DNA from: an uncultured Chloroflexia bacterium
GTDB lineage: Bacteria > Chloroflexota > Limnocylindria > Limnocylindrales > CSP1-4
Assembly: GCA_963720715.1 (NCBI GenBank)
Contig: CAVRGM010000003.1
Span: 385,808-449,807 of the forward strand
DNA: 64,000 bases
Direction of reading: 5' to 3'
In this document: positions 40,596-50,017 of the stretch, in pieces
Numbering within the stretch: the stretch's first letter is position 1
Layout: each line of letters starts with the position of its first letter
Position numbers and translations under genes: made by a program
Notes under the pieces: model-generated
The model's input: the letters and a program-made list of their open reading frames with translations, nothing else
The model's database searches: none
What the model was told of the DNA's origin: nothing

Positions 40596-41168
40596 TCATG
40601 GGGCGCCCCGGCCGGTCCGTGGATCGAGCGAGTTCAGCTGGCCATCGAAACCGGTCAGGACGAGGCGACCACCGACGAGTTCCGCACCGGTCACGACGTC
40701 CGAATGGGCGAGCCGCCAGGCAACGGTGCCGTCCCGCTCGATGGCGAATGTCTCGATCTCCGCCTGGACCAGCACGTGATCGAGGCGGGGCGAACCGATC
40801 AGGGCGATCAGGGGTGTCGCCGACCGATGGTTCCATCGATCGGCTCCGGTACTCGTGTCGAGACCATACGTGTCGAACCCGTAGGCCACGACCAGCAGCC
40901 CCGCGCTGTCCCAGTGGACGGCCCGCGGCTGATCGTGGATAAGGGAAGCAAAGCGGACCGTCCAGGCACCCCGTGGACCCTCGATATGGAGTTCGGCCCG
41001 ACACAGTGCGTCGGGATCGGCGCTCACCAGCGAGCCAAGATCGGCCAGGGGAGCACCGGCTTCGGATAGGGCGAAGATCGACGCGGCGGCGCCGCTTCCG
41101 CCCCACCGCCATCGGGCTCTGAGGCCACCCGGGTAGGTGACCGTCGCATCGGTCGGCTGGACGGTCAC
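40596..41168 (-). CDS. hypothetical protein (190 aa, beta-rich)
   Basis: Protein-like composition. No motif recognised. Confidence 0.35.
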   Translation of the reverse strand: MTVQPTDATVTYPGGLRARWRWGGSGAAASIFALSEAGAPLADLGSLVSADPDALCRAELHIEGPRGAWTVRFASLIHDQPRAVHWDSAGLLVVAYGFDTYGLDTSTGADRWNHRSATPLIALIGSPRLDHVLVQAEIETFAIERDGTVAWRLAHSDVVTGAELVGGRLVLTGFDGQLNSLDPRTGRGAP

Positions 41169-41181
41169 CGGGCGATCGCGA

Positions 41182-41742
41182 TCAGGCAGTCACCCGGCGT
41201 GCCACGGTCGGGTCGCTGGCGTCTGGCGCCTCACCGTCTGCCGTCCGGTCCTCGGCGATCGGGGCGACGGTGGCATTGGCCAGGATCCGCAGGGTGGCTG
41301 GGGGGACCGGGAAGACGGCCGTCGAGAGACCGGCTGCGGCCCAGACGATCTGGTAGCGCCCGAGATCCGGGTCCATGATCGCCCGCACCGGCCGAAGGTG
41401 ACCGATGGGCGGGATCCCACCGATCGCGAACCCGGTCAGGTCGTGCGCCTCGCGGGCGGTCGCTCGCCGGAGGTCACCCGACCCGGTCACGGCGGCCAAT
41501 CGGGCGAGATCGACGCGGTTGTGGCCGGCCGCCAGGCAGAGCAGGGGTTCGAGCCCGGTCGCGGACGGGACCACGAAGATCAGCGACTTGACGATCTGCC
41601 CGAGGTCGACTCCGAGCGCCGTGGCGGCTTCGACGGCCGTGTGGGTCGAGGCATCGAACTCTGTGACCTCGAGGGTGACGCCCTTTCGGGCGGCCGCTTC
41701 GAGCACACGCAGGATGGCTGGGTGGACGGGCGCGTCGGGCAC
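41182..41742 (-). CDS. YbaK/ProX-type aminoacyl-tRNA deacylase domain protein
   Basis: …KSLIFVV…GFAIGGIPPIGH… is typical of the YbaK/ProRS-associated editing domain. Confidence 0.7.
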   Translation of the reverse strand: MPDAPVHPAILRVLEAAARKGVTLEVTEFDASTHTAVEAATALGVDLGQIVKSLIFVVPSATGLEPLLCLAAGHNRVDLARLAAVTGSGDLRRATAREAHDLTGFAIGGIPPIGHLRPVRAIMDPDLGRYQIVWAAAGLSTAVFPVPPATLRILANATVAPIAEDRTADGEAPDASDPTVARRVTA

Positions 41743-41792
41743 GGGCCGGAGTCTAGCATCGGGCCAGCCGTGGCACTGGTACGATCGGTCAG

Positions 41793-42467
41793 ATGGTCGC
41801 CCTCATCCTCGCCGCTGGCGACGTGCCGAGCCGGACACAGCTGGACGGAGCCTGGCCGGGCTGGGATGCCGGTGTCGACCTGGTCGTCGCCGCTGACGGC
41901 GGTGCCCGGTTCGCGCACGTCCTCGGCCACACCGTGGACGTGTGGGTCGGGGACGGCGATTCGATCGACCCGACGGGACTGGCGACGCTCGCCAGCAGCG
42001 GGGTCGCCCTCGAGCGATGGCCGAGCGACAAGGACGCCTCCGACACGGACCTGGCGATCGATGCGGCGATGGCGCGTGGTGCCAGCAGCATCGTCATCGT
42101 CGGCGCGCTCGGCGGGCCGCGGATCGATCACGCCCTGGTGAACATCGGCCTGCTGGCTCGACCCGATCGGCTCGGCCGAGTCAGCATCCTCGATGAACGG
42201 TCCAGGCTGACGGCGATCGGCAGCGCCATCGACGGCGAGCCCGGATCGTTGCGACTCGCTGGCGGCCCGGGGGACACCGTCTCATTGCTGGCCATCGACC
42301 CGGACGTCGCCGGGGTCACGACGGCCGGCCTCAGGTATCCGCTGGTCAACGAGCCGCTCGAGATCGGCTCGAGTCGTGGCCTGTCGAACGTGATCGAGCG
42401 TCCATCGGCAGAGATCTCGATCCGGCGCGGCCGGCTGCTGGTCGTCGAGTCGCCTGCTACGCTCTGA
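41793..42467 (+). CDS. thiamine pyrophosphokinase
   Basis: …LVVAADGGA…DVWVGDGDSID… catalytic motif, C-terminal thiamine-binding beta domain, about 220 aa. Confidence 0.7.
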   Translation: MVALILAAGDVPSRTQLDGAWPGWDAGVDLVVAADGGARFAHVLGHTVDVWVGDGDSIDPTGLATLASSGVALERWPSDKDASDTDLAIDAAMARGASSIVIVGALGGPRIDHALVNIGLLARPDRLGRVSILDERSRLTAIGSAIDGEPGSLRLAGGPGDTVSLLAIDPDVAGVTTAGLRYPLVNEPLEIGSSRGLSNVIERPSAEISIRRGRLLVVESPATL

Positions 42468-42469
42468 TC

Positions 42470-42958
42470 ATGACCACGCCGGCCGTCGGAGACCCTGCTC
42501 CGGACATCGCGTTGCCCGATGAAACCGGGACGATCCACCGCCTGTCCGACCAGCTCGGGCGCTGGACCATCCTGTACTTCTACCCGGCCGACGACACGCC
42601 GGGATGCACGACCGAGGCCTGTGAGTTCCGGGACCGGATCGATGTCGTCCACGAGCGCGGCGCCGACGTCTGGGGAGTGAGCCCGCAGGGTGCGGCGAGC
42701 AAGCGCGCGTTCCGCGAGAAGTTCCAGTTGCCATTCGTCCTCCTTGCCGACGAAGGGCATGCCGTCGCTGAACGGTACGGCGCCTGGGGCGAGAAACTGA
42801 ACTACGGCAAGACGACGATCGGGATGATCCGCTCGACGTTCCTGATCGACCCGGACGGTCGCGTGGCACGGGTCTGGCCGAAGGTCAAGGCCGAGGGCCA
42901 CGCCGATCGCGTCATCGCCGAGCTGGATCGCCTTCAGTCGGCTGCTCGATCCTCGTGA
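42470..42958 (+). CDS. bcp: thiol peroxidase Bcp (peroxiredoxin)
   Basis: ILYFYPADDTPGCTTEACEFRD peroxidatic Cys motif. Confidence 0.9.
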   Translation: MTTPAVGDPAPDIALPDETGTIHRLSDQLGRWTILYFYPADDTPGCTTEACEFRDRIDVVHERGADVWGVSPQGAASKRAFREKFQLPFVLLADEGHAVAERYGAWGEKLNYGKTTIGMIRSTFLIDPDGRVARVWPKVKAEGHADRVIAELDRLQSAARSS

Positions 42959-42978
42959 TCCGCTCGTGGATGCATGAA

Positions 42979-43008
42979 GCTTCGCCCGTGGGGGGAGACG
43001 GGCGAAGC
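42979..43008 (+). terminator. hairpin terminator candidate after bcp (11-bp stem GCTTCGCCCGT/ACGGGCGAAGC, loop GGGGGGAG)
   Basis: Perfect inverted repeat 20 nt after the bcp stop. Confidence 0.45.
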
Positions 43009-43046
43009 CTCGGACTCAAGCGTACGCTGCTCCAAGGGCCGGTGCA

Positions 43047-43802
43047 ATGACATCGGACGAGGTGAGCGTCCCGCACACGTGGCGACCGGAACGGTTCATG
43101 GTCATCGCCGGCCATCCGGACGACGCCGACTTCGGTCCCGCGGCGACGGCCGCTCGATGGATCGATGACGGATCGGTCGGCTGGCTGGTGTGTTGCACGA
43201 GTGGCGACCAGGGCGGCGAGGATGCCGATGCCGACCCGCTCGAACTGGCCGCGCTGCGCGAACGAGAACAGCAGGCTGCGGCGGATGTCGTCGGGTACGC
43301 CGGAGTCACGTTCCTGCATGGTCCCGATGGGGCCCTCGCCAACGATCTCGCGCTGCGGGAACAACTCGTCCGGGAGATCCGGACATTCCGCCCGGACGCC
43401 GTGCTGGCCACGGACCCTGAGACGCTGTTCTACCGTGGCGGCGGGGTCAATCACACAGACCATCGCGCGGCTGGCATGGCCGCCGTCGATGCGGTCTATC
43501 CGGCGGCCCGCAATCCGATGGCCTTTCCCTGGCTGGCTCGATCCGGCCTCGGACCGCATCGCGTTCATCGGTTGTACCTGTTCTGGTCGGACCGGAGCGA
43601 TGTCTGGATCGATGTCAGCGGAACCCTGGATCGGAAGCTCGCGGCGCTGGCGGCGCATGCCAGCCAGATCCAGGATGGGGCGGCGCTGGACGGACGGATC
43701 CGCGACTGGGCGGCCGAAGAAGGGCAGCGCATCGGGGTCGCGGCGGCTGAGGCCTTGCGCCTGGTCGTCATCGACGATGACGAGGATGAGGGGCCGGGCT
43801 GA
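43047..43802 (+). CDS. PIG-L family deacetylase (LmbE/MshB-like)
   Basis: VIAGHPDDADFG zinc-binding motif and …HTDHRAAG…. Confidence 0.85.
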   Translation: MTSDEVSVPHTWRPERFMVIAGHPDDADFGPAATAARWIDDGSVGWLVCCTSGDQGGEDADADPLELAALREREQQAAADVVGYAGVTFLHGPDGALANDLALREQLVREIRTFRPDAVLATDPETLFYRGGGVNHTDHRAAGMAAVDAVYPAARNPMAFPWLARSGLGPHRVHRLYLFWSDRSDVWIDVSGTLDRKLAALAAHASQIQDGAALDGRIRDWAAEEGQRIGVAAAEALRLVVIDDDEDEGPG

Positions 43803-45440
43803 TCAGCCTTCGGCCAGCAGCAGGGGTCGGATCCGGCCCCATTCGTTCCAGGCCTCGGCCAGCCCGTCGGCCCGTCGACCCAGCATCGTCACCATCTCGA
43901 CCAGGCTGAGGTCGCCGGCGACCCCGGCCAGGTACTCGTCGGCGGCGACGGACACCTCGCCGAACAGGCGGGCCGTGTCCTCCGCGTCGGGCCACTGGCG
44001 GATCCGCATCGGGTCGAGCCCGGCATAGCCAAGCGCCAGCGACAGGTCGCGTTGAGACGGCAAACGTTCGTCGATCCAGCCGCCGAGCCCGTCGAATTGA
44101 TAGCCGAGTGATGCCAGGGCGTGCGCGATGTCGCGGTTCTGTTCCCGCGTGAAGAGGCCCCAGAACGGATGCTCGGCCGGGAATTCGAGCGATGCCGCTT
44201 CGATCGCGTTGGCAACGATGGCCTCGACCAGGCCGGTCATCAGGAGCTGCCAGTGGCGGCGAGCGTCCCGATCCTCTCCGGCGAGCGTGGCGACCAGCGC
44301 GGTCATCGACTGGCGATCGCCGCGCAGGATCCGGAAGATGACGGGCGCCTCGCCGCTGTCGAGGGCCACGGTCAGCGTCTCGTCCTCGTCAAGTCGGGGC
44401 TGGCTGGCGGCAGCCGCGAGCGGCGGGCTGACGTCGACAACGTCCGCGTCGGCAGCCTCCTCGCAGTCCGCAACGGCCGCGCGTGCGGAAAGGCAGGCCG
44501 CATCGGCCGTCTCGGCTCCGATCCGGGCCGCGTCCGCCTCAAGACCCAGGCGGTCGAGACTGGCTCCGATCTCGGCGGCGGCTGCGTGTTCGCGGGCGGC
44601 GGTCGTGGTCGCGTCACGCGCGTCCGTATTGATCCGGTTGATCTCGTTCAGCCAATCTCGGGCCGCATCCTCCAGCGCCTCGGGCGTCCCCGCCGCCGCG
44701 ACGGCCGTCCGGAAGCCGCCCTGAGCCGCGTCCTTGGCCTGATGGATCGCCCGCGGGTCGGCGCGCCATGAAGCGGTGACCGCTGCGGCCTCGTGCTCGT
44801 CATATCGGCGCTGGGCGGCTCGAAGGGCTTCGGCCGCCGTCGCAGCCTGGGCCTTGGCGCGCGTTGCCAGCTCGCAGCGCTCATCCGCCAGTCTTCGCTG
44901 CTCGCCGCAGCGCTCGACCGCACCCGGCTGCCCCCCGGGACTCCCTCCGGTTGGTGGTTCGAGGACGGCGACGGCCGTCAACTTCCCGGCATCCCGCTCC
45001 GACCGGGCCTCCGTCGCGGGCACGGCGCGATCAAGCGCCAGCACCGTCCCCTGGTGCCCTGAGGTGACAGTGTCGCCATGCCGATCCTGATCTCGCGCGA
45101 CGGCCAGGGCGACCATCCCGTCTGCTGTGGGTACCATCGAGCTGACCGGCGTCCGCGTCTCAGACAGAACGTTCGTTCGACGATCGCCGACGCCCATCAC
45201 CGGTAGGCCGGGACCACTGCGTCGGTCTGCCGGCCCGCCTCGAGCCGGCTCTGGCCGAACCGATGCGAAAGCGTCGTCGGCGAGGGTCAGGGAGCGACGT
45301 GGGATCGCTCCGTGGGCGACCGTCACCCTGACCACGCGTGGTGACGGCGGTCGAGCGCGCATGATCTCGACGAGAGCGGCGCCGCAGACCAGACCGAGGG
45401 CGAGGCCCAGGACCAGGAAACTCCACTCGCTGACCGTCAT
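43803..45440 (-). CDS. hypothetical membrane-anchored Ala-rich coiled-coil protein with C-terminal globular domain (546 aa)
   Basis: Start placed at MTVSEWSFLVLGLALGLVCGAALVEIM (transmembrane helix). The upstream 197 codons of ORF 43803..46031 run through the 19-bp tandem repeats and are judged non-coding. Confidence 0.45.
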   Translation of the reverse strand: MTVSEWSFLVLGLALGLVCGAALVEIMRARPPSPRVVRVTVAHGAIPRRSLTLADDAFASVRPEPARGGPADRRSGPGLPVMGVGDRRTNVLSETRTPVSSMVPTADGMVALAVARDQDRHGDTVTSGHQGTVLALDRAVPATEARSERDAGKLTAVAVLEPPTGGSPGGQPGAVERCGEQRRLADERCELATRAKAQAATAAEALRAAQRRYDEHEAAAVTASWRADPRAIHQAKDAAQGGFRTAVAAAGTPEALEDAARDWLNEINRINTDARDATTTAAREHAAAAEIGASLDRLGLEADAARIGAETADAACLSARAAVADCEEAADADVVDVSPPLAAAASQPRLDEDETLTVALDSGEAPVIFRILRGDRQSMTALVATLAGEDRDARRHWQLLMTGLVEAIVANAIEAASLEFPAEHPFWGLFTREQNRDIAHALASLGYQFDGLGGWIDERLPSQRDLSLALGYAGLDPMRIRQWPDAEDTARLFGEVSVAADEYLAGVAGDLSLVEMVTMLGRRADGLAEAWNEWGRIRPLLLAEG

Positions 45441-45588
45441 CCAGTGCGCACCCCGAAGTCCGCGTCTTCCCGTTGTTCTCGGTGGCCGTCGCCATCGCAG
45501 CGTAGCTGCGACCCAGTCGAGCGTCAAGGACGTGGGGTGCAGCGGTGGCGCAGCGCGTCGAGCACCGCATCGAGGCCGGCAGCCGGCA

Positions 45589-45692
45589 GGTCGGCGATCG
45601 GCTGTCTGGTCGGCGATCGGCTGTCTGGTCGGCGATCGGCTGTCTGGTCGGCGATCGGCTGTCTGGTCGGCGATCGGCTGTCTGGTCGGCGC
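45589..45692. repeat. five perfect tandem copies of the 19-bp unit GGTCGGCGATCGGCTGTCT plus a partial sixth
   Basis: Read directly from the sequence in the 580-bp divergent intergenic region. Copies are 100% identical. Confidence 0.9.
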
Positions 45693-45732
45693 TGCTGTGA
45701 CACGCGGTTCCTGCACGAACACGCTCGCACGT

Positions 45733-45761
45733 ATTCCGACATAGACAGGATCTGTCGGAAT
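45733..45761. promoter_or_regulatory. inverted repeat ATTCCGACA-n11-TGTCGGAAT (operator-like), 40 bp right of the tandem array
   Basis: Perfect 9-bp arms seen in sequence, AT-richer than surroundings. Confidence 0.35.
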
Positions 45762-46023
45762 CGAGGTCTCGGCGTGCACGTTCATCAACGGTTCGCGTCT
45801 GACACACGCAGCCATCAGACCGCGTGCTCGACACCCGGTCGCGGATGCCGACCCGGGCCGGGGCTTCGGCCCGGCAGGCAGGAAGCTGCTGGGCCGGGCA
45901 GGGGGCCATGGCACCCGCTGGATGCACGACGCCGTGGTCCGATGGTAAATTCCGAATGGTCGGCAACGCGCCCGATCCTGTGTTCGCGCCCGAGTCCTGA
46001 GTTCAGGGAAAGGCACGCCCCGC

Positions 46024-47859
46024 TTGGTCATCGAGCAGCCTCAGGAATTCCTCGTCCAGCCGGTCGACGCATCCTGGCTTCAGTGCAACATCGAATGCCA
46101 GGAAGCCTGTCCGGTCGGGACGAACTGCCGCGGCTACCTCAACCTCGCCGCTGAAGGCCGGTTCGAGGAGGGCTACATCCTGTCGCGCGACCCGAATCCG
46201 GTCGCTGCGATGTGCTCGTACGTCTGTTCCGCGCCGTGCGAGCGAGCCTGCCGCCGAGGCGACATCGACCGGCCCTTGGCGATCCGGGCGATGAAGCGGT
46301 TCCTCGTGGAGTGGCACGAGGCCTCGGGCATCCCCGACGTCATGCCCGATATCACACCGCGGGACGAGCGAGTCGCCGTCATCGGCGCCGGACCGGCTGG
46401 CATCGCGGTTGCCCGCGAGCTGGCGACCAAGGGGTACCGGGTTACGGTCTTCGACAGCCTGCCCTATGCCGGCGGGACCATGCTGATCGGCGTGCCGGCC
46501 TTCCGCCTGCCACGGGAAGCGATCGAGATGGATGTCCGGCTCGTCGAACGACTCGGTGTGCGGTTCGTCTACGACACGACGATCGGCAAGGACATCACAT
46601 TCGAACAGCTCCAGCAGGATTTCGATGGGATCGCGATCACTGGCGGCGCGATGGACGCGGTAGCGCTCGACATCCCGGGCGCGGAGCTTGAAGGCGTCCA
46701 GTACGGCGTCGACTTCATGAAGAAGGCCAACCTGGGCCAGCCCCTCGAGGTGGGCACCGACGTCGTCGTCATCGGCGGTGGCTACACCGCGATGGACTGC
46801 TCGCGGACCAGCCTGCGGCACGGAGCGGACAACGTGTCGATCGTCTACCGGCGGACCCGGTCGGAGCTCGTGGTCGACGAGGAAGAGCTGGGCGAGACCG
46901 AACGCGAAGGCGTGCGGATGGAATTCCTGGCGAGTCCGGTCGAGGTCCTCGGCGAGGACGGCAAGGTGACCGGCGTCAAGTTCATCCGGAACCGCCTCGG
47001 TGAGCCCGACGCTTCGGGACGCCGCTCACCGGTCCCGATCGAGGGGTCGGAGTTCGTGATCAAGGCCCAGACCGTCATTCCCGCGGTCTCCCAGGCGGCC
47101 GACCTGACGATGCTCCCGATCGAGGCCAAGTTCGAGATCAACCGCGGTCGCGTCAAGGTCGACCCGGCGACGTACGCCAGCAATGTCAGAGGCGTGTTCG
47201 CGTGCGGCGACTTCGTCACCGGCCCGACGACCCTCATCGAGGCCGCCGGGCACGGCAAGAAATGCGCCTATGCCATCGATCGCTACCTGTCCGGTCGAAC
47301 CGACGTGACCGTTGCCGCGAACGTCAAGATCACCAGTTCGTGGCGCCACGACATGCCCGAGTTCTATGACGTCCTGCCTCGTCAGCACATCCCCATGGTC
47401 CCGCTCAGCGCTCGCATGCCGTCGACCGAGCCGGTCGTCAACTTCAACACGCCGGTCGAGCTGGGCTACGACGCCAACGGTGCGGTCGCCGAGTCGACTC
47501 GATGTCTGATGTGCAACTTCAACATCTGGTTCGACCCGTTCCGCTGCGTCCTGTGTGGTGCCTGCGCGGACGTCTGCCCTGAGGGCGTGATCCACATGGT
47601 CGACGTCAACCAGTTGAAGTCGGAGGGCCTCCTCCCGGAGCTCGAGGAGGCGTACGGCTGGGACAACGGCGGTGCGATGATCCTCGACGAGGAGCGGTGC
47701 ATCCGCTGCGCGCTGTGTGTCAAGCGTTGTCCGTTCGACGCCATTACGATGGAGCGGTTCGAGTTGCAGGAGATCTCGACCGACGGGCGTCTCTACAAGG
47801 AGTCGTACCGTGATGCGCAGCTGGCCGGTACCCCCGGCGTCGCAGGAGGACACCGGTGA
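46024..47859 (+). CDS. GltD-like NAD(P)H-dependent flavo-FeS oxidoreductase with C-terminal 2x[4Fe-4S] ferredoxin domain
   Basis: N-terminal Cys clusters (CNIECQEACP…CSYVCSAPCERAC), two Rossmann motifs (VAVIGAGPAGIAVA ; VVVIGGGYTAMD) and C-terminal CLMCNFN…CVLCGACADVCP … CIRCALCVKRCP. Stop overlaps the GTG start of cytochrome b6 (GTGA). Confidence 0.85.
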   Translation: MVIEQPQEFLVQPVDASWLQCNIECQEACPVGTNCRGYLNLAAEGRFEEGYILSRDPNPVAAMCSYVCSAPCERACRRGDIDRPLAIRAMKRFLVEWHEASGIPDVMPDITPRDERVAVIGAGPAGIAVARELATKGYRVTVFDSLPYAGGTMLIGVPAFRLPREAIEMDVRLVERLGVRFVYDTTIGKDITFEQLQQDFDGIAITGGAMDAVALDIPGAELEGVQYGVDFMKKANLGQPLEVGTDVVVIGGGYTAMDCSRTSLRHGADNVSIVYRRTRSELVVDEEELGETEREGVRMEFLASPVEVLGEDGKVTGVKFIRNRLGEPDASGRRSPVPIEGSEFVIKAQTVIPAVSQAADLTMLPIEAKFEINRGRVKVDPATYASNVRGVFACGDFVTGPTTLIEAAGHGKKCAYAIDRYLSGRTDVTVAANVKITSSWRHDMPEFYDVLPRQHIPMVPLSARMPSTEPVVNFNTPVELGYDANGAVAESTRCLMCNFNIWFDPFRCVLCGACADVCPEGVIHMVDVNQLKSEGLLPELEEAYGWDNGGAMILDEERCIRCALCVKRCPFDAITMERFELQEISTDGRLYKESYRDAQLAGTPGVAGGHR

Positions 47860-48584
47860 GTTTCCTCGAGCGGGTGGATCAGAGCATCCGCCGCAGCGCC
47901 GTCTGGCGCTCGCTCTTCCGCCAGCCCTACCCGCGCGACGAGCGTTCGCGCGCGTACGCGGTCATGAACAACGTCTTCCTGCACATCCATCCAGTCCGGG
48001 TTCGCCAGCACGCGGTGAAGTTCGCGTACACGTTCTGCCTTGGCGGCCTGTCCTTCTTCCTGTTCCTGGTCCTGACCGTGACCGGTGTCTACCTGATGTT
48101 CTTCTACGTGCCGTCGGCGACCCAGGCGTATACGAACATCCTGGAGATCCAGAGCCAGGTCACATTCGGCCTGCTGACCCGGAACATCCATCGGTGGGCC
48201 GCCCACCTCATGGTCTTCTTCGTGTTCCTGCACATGATGCGAGTCTTCTATCACGGCGCCTACAAGCCGCCGCGTGAATTCAACTGGGTGGTCGGTGTCG
48301 TCCTCCTGTTCCTGACGATCATGCTCAGCTTCACCGGCTACCTGCTGCCGTGGGACCAGATCGCCTACTGGGCGATCACGATCGGCACGAACATGGGTGG
48401 CTACGCGCCGCTGTTCAACACGCCGACCAAGCTCATCCTGCTGGGCGGTCTGGAGGTGGCGCAGAACACGCTCCTGCAATTCTATGTCGGTCACGTCATC
48501 TTCCTGCCCGGCATCGCTGCCACGTTCCTTGCCGTCCACTTCTGGCGGATCCGCAAGGATGGCGGGATCAGCGGCCCGCTATGA
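47856..48584 (+). CDS. cytochrome b6-type subunit (N-terminal half of cytochrome b)
   Basis: Four transmembrane helices with conserved heme-ligand His pairs (…NIHRWAAHLMVFFVFLHMMRVFY… ; …GHVIFLPGIAATFLAVHFWRIRK). AGGAGG RBS before GTG. Confidence 0.9.
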   Translation: MSFLERVDQSIRRSAVWRSLFRQPYPRDERSRAYAVMNNVFLHIHPVRVRQHAVKFAYTFCLGGLSFFLFLVLTVTGVYLMFFYVPSATQAYTNILEIQSQVTFGLLTRNIHRWAAHLMVFFVFLHMMRVFYHGAYKPPREFNWVVGVVLLFLTIMLSFTGYLLPWDQIAYWAITIGTNMGGYAPLFNTPTKLILLGGLEVAQNTLLQFYVGHVIFLPGIAATFLAVHFWRIRKDGGISGPL

Positions 48585-48701
48585 CGACCCATCGCCGCGT
48601 TGTCGCCTCCGCTGCTCGCTCACGGACCTTGGGGTGCGCTCGCTCTCTTGCTTGGCTCCGCCTTGCGCTAGGTCGCCCAAGCGGGCCGCTGGGGATCGGG
48701 G

Positions 48702-49310
48702 ATGTCTGACGTGAAGACGCCGCCCGAGACGGAGAAGCGGGTCGTCTTGCCGGTCGACCCGGCGCGCCGAACCGAGATCGACAAGCAACGGGTGCCGATG
48801 TCGGCGCGGCCCTATCGGCTACTCGCCCTCGTCAAGCAGGATGCCGTGGTCCGTGTCCAGAAGGAGCCGGACGACACGGTCATGACCTGGCCGCACCTGC
48901 TCACCATCGAGTTCCTGGCGGCCGGCGTCATGAGCATCTTCCTGTTGATGATGGGCCTGTTCGTGAACGCCCCGCTCGAGGAGTTGGCCAACGGCAACGT
49001 GACCCCTGCGGTCGCGAAGGCGCCCTGGTACTTCCTGGGCCTGCAGGAGTTGCTGGCCTACTTCCACCCAACCGTCGCCGGCGTCCTCGTGCCGACCTTC
49101 GTGCTCGTCGGGGCCGCCCTCATCCCATACATCGACCGCGAGAACATCGCGGTCGTCCGACCGTCCGAGCGGAAGACCGCAGTCATGTTGTTCACGATGT
49201 TCTGCTGCCTCGGCTTGATCCTGACCTTCGTCGGGATCTTCTTCCGAGGTCCCGGCTACACCTTCGTCATCCCGTTCATCACCAGCCCCGGTTTCCACTT
49301 CGCCCTATGA
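48702..49310 (+). CDS. cytochrome bc/b6f complex subunit IV-type (C-terminal half of cytochrome b)
   Basis: PEWY-equivalent APWYFLGLQELL motif and 3 transmembrane helices. Confidence 0.85.
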   Translation: MSDVKTPPETEKRVVLPVDPARRTEIDKQRVPMSARPYRLLALVKQDAVVRVQKEPDDTVMTWPHLLTIEFLAAGVMSIFLLMMGLFVNAPLEELANGNVTPAVAKAPWYFLGLQELLAYFHPTVAGVLVPTFVLVGAALIPYIDRENIAVVRPSERKTAVMLFTMFCCLGLILTFVGIFFRGPGYTFVIPFITSPGFHFAL

Positions 49311-49335
49311 CAGCCCTCGTAAGGATCGCGATCAC

Positions 49336-50010
49336 ATGAGTAACTACCATGTCGAACTCGTCGACAAGCCGGCCGCTCTGACCAAGGAGGCCATCAAGTC
49401 GCTGCGCAAGCAGCAGGTCCAGGGCATGTCGCGGCGTCAGTTGATGCGGACCGCGCTTGGTGCCGGGATCGGCCTGTGGACCGTGGAGGTCCTGGCCGGG
49501 ACGCTCGGTTTCGCCTGGCCGAACCTCAAGGGTGGTTTCGGCGCACCGATCTCGATCGGGGATCTCGACACGGTCAAGCTCCAGAACTCGACACTGCCGA
49601 TCGAGGAGGGGTTCCCGGCCTACTATTCCGAAGCACGGGCTTTCGTGATCCTGTACGACCCGGGACAACAGCGCTTCCTCGCCGGCGAGGATGTGAGTGG
49701 CGACGGCGAAGCGCTGAACGTGCGCGCCTTGTACCAACGCTGCCCGCACCTCGGGTGCAAGCCGAACCCATGCCTCAAGAACTTCTGGTTCGAGTGTCCC
49801 TGCCACGGCTCACGCTATGACCGGCTCGGGATCAAGGCCGCCGGGACCCAGTACGGACCCGCGCCACGGAGCATGGACCGGTTCTCGATCACGGTCGACG
49901 ACTCGGGCGTCCTGACCATCAACACCGGCAAGATCACCCTGGGACCGTTGCCGGTCGCACTCGGCCAGCCAGGGATCATCCCGCCAAGGACGCCGACCGG
50001 ATGCATCTGA
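49336..50010 (+). CDS. Rieske [2Fe-2S] iron-sulfur subunit with Tat signal
   Basis: Twin-arginine SRRQLMRTALGAGIGLW. Boxes CPHLGC … CPCHGS. Confidence 0.9.
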   Translation: MSNYHVELVDKPAALTKEAIKSLRKQQVQGMSRRQLMRTALGAGIGLWTVEVLAGTLGFAWPNLKGGFGAPISIGDLDTVKLQNSTLPIEEGFPAYYSEARAFVILYDPGQQRFLAGEDVSGDGEALNVRALYQRCPHLGCKPNPCLKNFWFECPCHGSRYDRLGIKAAGTQYGPAPRSMDRFSITVDDSGVLTINTGKITLGPLPVALGQPGIIPPRTPTGCI

Positions 50011-50017
50011 TGCGTCG

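Noticed and set aside
45589-45692. 19-bp repeats considered as a possible CRISPR array
   Set aside because: Units are contiguous with no spacers and there are no cas genes in the window. This is a plain tandem repeat.
43803-46031. Full 742-aa extent of the minus ORF upstream of the chosen start
   Set aside because: Its first 197 codons translate the 19-bp tandem repeat array and intergenic sequence. The gene was trimmed to the internal Met followed by a transmembrane helix.
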